Of a DNA stretch of 64,000 nucleotides, positions 58,810 through 64,000 are shown one piece after another. A program made the position numbers and the translations under genes. The DNA lies in NCBI GenBank assembly GCA_965226375.1, contig CBDDCX010000007.1, positions 384,001-448,000 on the forward strand, given 5' to 3'. Origin of the DNA: Longimicrobiales bacterium. Lineage in GTDB: Bacteria; Gemmatimonadota; Gemmatimonadetes; Longimicrobiales; Gaopeijiaceae. The notes under the pieces were generated by a model, which was given only the letters and a program-made list of their open reading frames with translations, was not told where the DNA came from and ran no database searches. Numbering within the stretch: the first letter of the stretch is position 1; the number at the start of each line of letters is the position of its first letter.

Positions 58810-60150
58810 TCAGCCCCCTCTGGGGCGCCGCACTGCCGCTCGGGACCGGCCCGAGGAGCCGCTCCGTGACGGAGCGCTGCGAGCGGAAGATGAGCGGCTG
58901 GGTGCGCTTCGGGTCGACGACGAGCGAGAGGGCGCCGCACGTGCGGAACTCCGACCCGAGCTTCTGCTCGGCGCGGCCGAGCGGGGCGTCGGGCGGCTAC
59001 TGCGTGCGGAACTCCGACTCGGTGCCGATCTCGACGGGGCTCGCCTCGTCGCACTAGACGGTGCACTTCTCGCGCGGCTCGGAGCTACCCGAGGTGCAGA
59101 ACGTACCCGACTCGGAGTCGCTTGTCGCGTGCCGGACCTCGACGGTGCAGACCGTGTCGTGGCGCTCGGGCGCTGGCGGGTCGAACGCGTGGTCGACGAA
59201 GGCCGGCCGGTGCTCGACCGGCGCGCAGTCGGTGTGGCCCGGGCCGACGTTGCACGCCTCGATGGCGCCGCACGTGTTACTGTCCGGCTGGGTGCTCGGG
59301 TGCCGGACACGGTCGACCGTGTGTTGGTCCGACTTCGCACGGCATCCGAAGGACGGGCTCGCGTGGCCGTAGCTCGGGCTCCCGTCACCCGGCTGCCGGC
59401 TGCGCGGCCGGCTGAAGCACGAGTCGCCGGTGCCACGGCCCGACTTGCCGTCGAGTTCCGCCGAGCAGAGCGGGCGACGATGGCCGACACGTCACTCCGC
59501 GCGGCGCTATTCGCGCTGGGCGTGGTCGTCCCCGACCGCGGAGTGGCCACCCGTGAAGCGGCAGTACGCCGTGGCGACTCCTTATAACCCGTACCGTTGA
59601 TGGCTCGACCTCGTCCGGGCCGCCAGGCGACCGCTGAGCGAGGCACTACGTAGGTGGGTTGCGCGTGATAATTGTAATAGCCGTAACTCCCATACCCGTG
59701 CCCACCACCGTAGTGGTTCCCGTACCCAAACCAGTTGTAGGCGTAGAGGTTGCCGAAGCTCAGGTGGGTGCCCACGCCCCAGTAGGGATACCCCCAGCCG
59801 TATCCCCAATAGCCTGGATAAGAGAAGCGCCAAGGCACGTAACCGTAAGACAGACTGACGAAGTGGCTACCGTGATAGTGATCGTCATAGCGATAGCGGC
59901 TGGTATAGCCTGCATCGTAGGCGCCGTAGAGGCAGGGAAAGACGTACCAATCGTAGTAGCCGTAGTCCCAGCAGGGATCGTCATAAGCGGGTTCGTACCA
60001 CGGGTCCACGCTCGTGTAGGACAACCCCACTCCAAAACCCACTCCGAGCGAGAAGGAGAAGCTGCTCCAGGAATACTGTGCAGCCACCGCTTCCGGACGC
60101 CAAGTGAGGGCGCAACCGAGTATCAACGCCGTTCCGATCAGCCTACGCAC
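58810..60150 (-). CDS. Exported protein with Tyr/Gly/Trp-rich region and long Ser/Arg/Thr/Ala low-complexity tail
   Basis: Signal peptide MRRLIGTALILGCALTWRPEAVAAQ; AAGGAGG SD; many RSAPSR-type repeats. Confidence 0.8.
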   Translation of the reverse strand: MRRLIGTALILGCALTWRPEAVAAQYSWSSFSFSLGVGFGVGLSYTSVDPWYEPAYDDPCWDYGYYDWYVFPCLYGAYDAGYTSRYRYDDHYHGSHFVSLSYGYVPWRFSYPGYWGYGWGYPYWGVGTHLSFGNLYAYNWFGYGNHYGGGHGYGSYGYYNYHAQPTYVVPRSAVAWRPGRGRAINGTGYKESPRRTAASRVATPRSGTTTPSANSAARSDVSAIVARSARRNSTASRAVAPATRASAGRAAGSRVTGARATATRARPSDAVRSRTNTRSTVSGTRAPSRTVTRAAPSRRATSARATPTARRSSTGRPSSTTRSTRQRPSATTRSAPSRSGTRQATPSRVRSAPRVAPSRARSAPSSATRRAPSRSAPSRSSARSSRPTPRSAAPSRSSGRSSARAAPSRSSSTRSAPSRSSSARSAPSRSGSSGRSRAAVRRPRGG

Positions 60151-60185
60151 GATATGCCTCCTTGGAAGGTCTTCCTGAAAAGCAG

Positions 60186-60201
60186 TGCACGGCCCGTGCC
60201 A
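60186..60201 (-). promoter_or_regulatory. Putative sigma54 (-24/-12) promoter
   Basis: Minus strand TGGCACG-GGCC-GTGCA, GG and GC at consensus spacing, ~35 nt above the GTG at 60150. Confidence 0.65.
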
Positions 60202-60334
60202 CGGAAGAAACGTCCTGAAACGTCTTTATCTAAGCCAATGGGAACGATTAGTGCCACCTCTATGGGCCCATAGTGTCCCCGATGTAGGACGGGCGTAAAG
60301 CCCCGTCCAGGACAGGCTGAACCGACCTTCGTGC

Positions 60335-61657
60335 TCAGCTTCGGGCCTCGAGTGCGGAGAAGAGGGACTCGATTTCCGCTTCGGATGTGATCGTGTTCGG
60401 AGAAACTCGCAGGGCGTTGAGGCCTTGGGTCTGGAACGGACGAAGCACGATCCCGCGATCGGAATACATGTCCCCCGACACGACATTGGCCGCGGGTGCC
60501 TCGAAACCGATGCCGATGAGCGAGGCTCCGAGCTCCCAACGCTCCGGCGACCGCCAAGAAAGCGACGAGTCGGCGTCCACACGGGCCTTGAGTCCGTTCC
60601 TGATTTCCCGGTAGCGGGTGACCTTGTCGACGGGACCGAGGGCGCTCTGAAAGTCCAGCGCGTCTCCCATGGCCAGGACCTCCGCGAGATTTCTCGTACC
60701 GTAGTCTTCGAACATCCGCGCGCTCCCCGCCCACCGGCGCTGGCCCCATGTGACCCACATCGGGTGGATCGCCTCGACGGCTTCTCTCCTCACATAGAGT
60801 AGGCCCAACCCCTTGGGCGATTGGATCCATTTGTGCGGACTCGCAGCGTAGGCGTCGACGCCCGATGCCTCGAGGTCGAGCGGAATCATGCCGGCCGTCT
60901 CGAGCGGAATCATGCCGGCCGTCTGCGCGCCGTCCACCGCCACGAACTCGACGCCCTCCTCTTTGGCCATGGCCGTGAGAGCAGCCATCGGGTGCCGCAG
61001 CCCCATGATATTGTCCACGTGAGGAAACACGAGCACCTTGGTCTCGGTGCGGATCTGCCGCCGATGGATCTCGACGACTTGATCCGCGGTGAGGCTCGGC
61101 ACGTCCGTCACCGGAAAGTCGAAACGCCGAACGGCGTATCCTTTTCTGGAGGCGTGATGGTTCCAGCAGACGCTGGCGCCATCATGGTTGATGGCACTGA
61201 AGAGCACTTCGTCACCCGGGCCCAGTGGAAGACCCTGGGCCAGGAGGTTGAAGCCCTCGGTGGTGTTGTGGGTTATGGCGACCTGCTCGGGATCGGATCC
61301 GAAGAGAGCCGCAGCCTTGGCTCGCACGGATTCGCGGGGCTCCTCCCAAGCACCTCCCCACATGTAGAGCCAGGGATTGGCTTCGCAGACACGCATGTAT
61401 TCGACACAGGCCTCGTGGACCGCCCGAGGGACGGTCCCGATCGAGGCGTGATTCAGATAGACGACATCCGAGCTCAGCAGGTATCGGTCACGGAGCGCCT
61501 CCCACGCGGGTGTAGAGCGAGGGCGAGACGCGACCGCTTCGAGTTCGGCGCCGAGTGCTTCTTCGACCAATTCGAGACGCGCGACGGCAGGCCCGGCCAG
61601 GGCCAGAGCCGCTAACGATTTGAGGAAATCTCGACGTTCGTGACGAACCGACAGCAT
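60335..61657 (-). CDS. Class V PLP-dependent aminotransferase (isopenicillin-N-epimerase/cysteine-desulfurase-like) with Tat signal
   Basis: ERRDFLK Tat motif; YLNHASIG, NTTEG, VDGAQ, SPHKW (PLP lysine), LRVSP. Confidence 0.88.
   Translation of the reverse strand: MLSVRHERRDFLKSLAALALAGPAVARLELVEEALGAELEAVASRPRSTPAWEALRDRYLLSSDVVYLNHASIGTVPRAVHEACVEYMRVCEANPWLYMWGGAWEEPRESVRAKAAALFGSDPEQVAITHNTTEGFNLLAQGLPLGPGDEVLFSAINHDGASVCWNHHASRKGYAVRRFDFPVTDVPSLTADQVVEIHRRQIRTETKVLVFPHVDNIMGLRHPMAALTAMAKEEGVEFVAVDGAQTAGMIPLETAGMIPLDLEASGVDAYAASPHKWIQSPKGLGLLYVRREAVEAIHPMWVTWGQRRWAGSARMFEDYGTRNLAEVLAMGDALDFQSALGPVDKVTRYREIRNGLKARVDADSSLSWRSPERWELGASLIGIGFEAPAANVVSGDMYSDRGIVLRPFQTQGLNALRVSPNTITSEAEIESLFSALEARS
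60877..60924. repeat. Perfect 24-bp tandem duplication inside the aminotransferase
   Basis: CGAGCGGAATCATGCCGGCCGTCT x2, giving TAGMIPLE-TAGMIPLD. Confidence 0.95.
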
Positions 61658-62081
61658 GACTCAGTCTCCGCGAATGTGAATGTGTCCCTTGCCATGGAGC
61701 AGGAAACGAGGAAGATTAGTGTCCACCCATTCGGGTGCCTGGAACGTAGATTTCCGCTTCTTCAGGCCGAACTCTAGAGTCGTTCCAATCTCGGACATAC
61801 CGTCCCCGGCGGCCTACACCGTCGGATTGCTTGTACGCATAGCATGCGAATACGGGCTGGCAAGTTGGACGGGGCGCCCCGACACCGCCAGGGTGGCCGA
61901 AGCCCTTTGGTCCTGAGTATCTCGGTTTTGAATGTTTCGGTACTGAATCTCGGTACGTTGCTCGCCGTCGCGGACTGTGCGGGCGTATAGGCGGCAGTGA
62001 TGATGTTGGTTCTTCAGCGTTCCTCGAGCAGGGCAGTTCAGCTCACGATGCCGTGGGCCCATAACAAGGAAGTCTAGAATA

Positions 62082-63641
62082 GTGGACGGTAACACACCCA
62101 TTGATCGCCTCGATTCCGAGGCCCAGCAAGATCAGCCGGTGTCTCAGGACCAGGATCGTCCTGAGCCGCAGGATCGACAGGACCAGGATCGTCCTGAGCC
62201 GCAGGATCGACAGAACCAGGATCGTCCTGAGGCACAGGATCGACAGAACCAGGATCGTGCCGAATCGGGGGACAGGCAGGATCGTCCCGCCCAGCGGGGT
62301 CGACAGCAGCGGGGTCGGCAAAAGCGGGGCAGAGGTCAGCGAGGTCGCCAACAGCAAGGCGGACGCCAACAAGGCGGACGGCAGGGCGGACGGCAACAGG
62401 GCGGCCAGCAACAGGGCGGGCAACACCACGATCGACAGCAACATGATCGACGTGAGGCACTGGCCGACCAAGAATATCAGGATCAACCTGACGAGCACTA
62501 TGAGCCAGGTGAGCCTCTGGGCATCCTGGAGGTGCTGGGCAGTGGCTCCGGATTCATCCGTCGTCGTGATGCGAGCTACCTAGCCAGCCAGGAGGACATC
62601 TACGTCGGCGCCAAGGTCATTCATAAATTCGGCCTGCGCACCGGAGACGAGCTCACGGGATCCGTGGGGCCACGGCCCAAGAACGGGAAGAGTCCACCGC
62701 TCACTCATCTGGGTCTGGTCAACGATGGTCCGCCGGAAGATGCTAGGTGCCGCCCGGACTTCAACCGACTGAGCGCGGTGCACCCCAGCGAGCAGCTCAT
62801 GCTGGCTTGTGATCGAACGGTGAGTGGCGAGGTCGATTACACGAACCGGGTCATCGACCTGTTTTGCCCCTTGGGCAAGGGACAGCGGGCCATGATCGTG
62901 GCTCCGTCCAAGGCTGGTAAGACGACCATTCTCCAGGCTGTAGCCGAGGGGATCGCCACGAACCACCCTGAGTGTACCCTCCTGATCCTTCTGGCCGACG
63001 AACGGCCCGAGGAAATCACCGACATGGAAATGTGTGGCTTCGGTGAGGTGGTGGCGTCCAGCTTCGACCGACCGGCGGAGCGACACTGTCAGGTCGCCGA
63101 GATGACTCTCGAGCGGGCTCGCCGGATGGTGGAGAGTGGTAAGGACGTGGTGATCATCCTCGATTCGATCACGCGACTTGCTCGGGCATATAACACCGTC
63201 GAAGCAGGGAGCGGTCGTACGCTCTCGGGCGGACTCGACGCCAATTCGCTTGAGAAGCCGAAACGATTTATCGGGAGTGCGAGGAAGATCGACCCCAGGC
63301 AGGGTGGCGGATCGCTGACCATCGTGGCCACCGCCCTGGTCGACACCGGATCGCGCATGGACCAGGTGATCTTCGAGGAGTTCAAGGGGACGGGCAACAG
63401 CGAGCTGGTACTGAGCCGCGAATTGGCCGACAAGAGGATTTACCCCGCCATCGATCTCAACGCGTCGGCCACACGGAAAGAGGAGTTACTTCTCGATCCG
63501 GATAGCCTGTCTGTATCGCGGGCCATGCGTCGACAGCTAGCCGACGTTGCACCTGCGGACGCCATGACCGAGTTGTTGGGAGTCATGCGGCGGACCCGCA
63601 CGAACGAAGGACTCGTGGCACTGGCCAGCCAGAAGATCTAA
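62082..63641 (+). CDS. rho: Transcription termination factor Rho with N-terminal low-complexity extension
   Basis: GILEV..SGSGFIR, DIYV, LRTGD, PLGKGQRAMIVAPSKAGKT, LDSITRLARAYN, IFEEFKGTGN. Confidence 0.96.
   Translation: MDGNTPIDRLDSEAQQDQPVSQDQDRPEPQDRQDQDRPEPQDRQNQDRPEAQDRQNQDRAESGDRQDRPAQRGRQQRGRQKRGRGQRGRQQQGGRQQGGRQGGRQQGGQQQGGQHHDRQQHDRREALADQEYQDQPDEHYEPGEPLGILEVLGSGSGFIRRRDASYLASQEDIYVGAKVIHKFGLRTGDELTGSVGPRPKNGKSPPLTHLGLVNDGPPEDARCRPDFNRLSAVHPSEQLMLACDRTVSGEVDYTNRVIDLFCPLGKGQRAMIVAPSKAGKTTILQAVAEGIATNHPECTLLILLADERPEEITDMEMCGFGEVVASSFDRPAERHCQVAEMTLERARRMVESGKDVVIILDSITRLARAYNTVEAGSGRTLSGGLDANSLEKPKRFIGSARKIDPRQGGGSLTIVATALVDTGSRMDQVIFEEFKGTGNSELVLSRELADKRIYPAIDLNASATRKEELLLDPDSLSVSRAMRRQLADVAPADAMTELLGVMRRTRTNEGLVALASQKI
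62145..62276 (+). repeat. Four in-frame 33-bp tandem repeats (Q[D/N]QDRPEPQDR) in the rho 5' region
   Basis: CAGGACCAGGATCGTCCTGAGCCGCAGGATCGA x2 perfect, then two diverged copies; QQGG-type repeats follow to ~62450. Confidence 0.93.
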
Positions 63642-63659
63642 GCGGCCGGAAGCGCTCCG

Positions 63660-64000
63660 CTACGCGCCGTCCCCAGACGCACGGCCTACCACGTTCTTCA
63701 GTCTGTCCAGATTCTCGGACAGTTGCCGTCCCTGGGAGTCGGACATGGTCCTCGCGACGTAGCCCATGAGCGGATTCCGTCCGAAGTCGCCCTCTTCGCG
63801 CCAGGTGACGACACTCCCATTGGGCGATTCCTCGACTTCCAGCGTTCCGATGACCTCGGTCCCCTCGCCGACTCGGACCCGATAACGAACCAGCTCCGGC
63901 GGTCTACTTTCGGTGATGGTCACGGATCCGGACCCGTACTGGGGATCGTCCCAGCTGCGCACCGCCCCTGAACCGGACGACGGTTCGCTCAATGTGGATT
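63660..64000 (-). CDS. SRPBCC/polyketide-cyclase-family protein (5' part outside the window)
   Basis: GSGAVRSW..GSGSVTITES.PP..V.Y, VVTWREEGDFG.NPLMGY, LDRLKNVV. Confidence 0.75.
   Translation of the reverse strand, partial: STLSEPSSGSGAVRSWDDPQYGSGSVTITESRPPELVRYRVRVGEGTEVIGTLEVEESPNGSVVTWREEGDFGRNPLMGYVARTMSDSQGRQLSENLDRLKNVVGRASGDGA

Noticed and set aside
60335..61657. Selenocysteine lyase serving the selenoprotein
   Set aside because: Tat-exported, about 7 kb away on the opposite strand, and no catalytic Cys loop (e.g. RxGHHC or SACxS) was seen
62145..62450. Tandem repeats as a CRISPR array
   Set aside because: Units abut with no unique spacers, keep the rho reading frame, and no cas genes are present

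Overview
High-GC bacterial chromosome segment. Gene content and order suggest Gemmatimonadota (an inference, not searched). About 1-35 kb is mostly core housekeeping on the + strand: secD-secF-tatD-mutL-miaA-bshA-uppP-birA-coaX; CIRCE-preceded groES-groEL; thrS; a ~4 kb insert; infC-rpmI-rplT-pheS-pheT-zapB-like-zapA-rny; folD-xseA-xseB-ispA-dxs-nadK-recN; tRNA-Gly and tRNA-Cys. About 35-64 kb is more accessory: transporters, peptidase, GlnRS-YqeY, PafA-type phosphatase, a K+ channel plus cNMP-domain Na+/H+ antiporter, a histidine/urocanate catabolic operon, a Tat-type class V aminotransferase and rho. The most notable observations are: (1) an AhpD-family gene split by an in-frame TGA at the second position of its CxxC motif (CFYU) and followed by a SECIS-like hairpin, i.e. 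a probable selenoprotein, coupled to a doubly deleted hutH remnant and hutU-ftcD-hutI; (2) a C2H2 zinc-finger-like insertion inside FTCD; (3) a terminator/antiterminator leader and probable ATC start codon for infC; (4) Rho with a long Q/D/R/G repeat N-terminal region; (5) several gene lesions, which may be genome decay or assembly error. No CRISPR array, integrase or transposase was seen.
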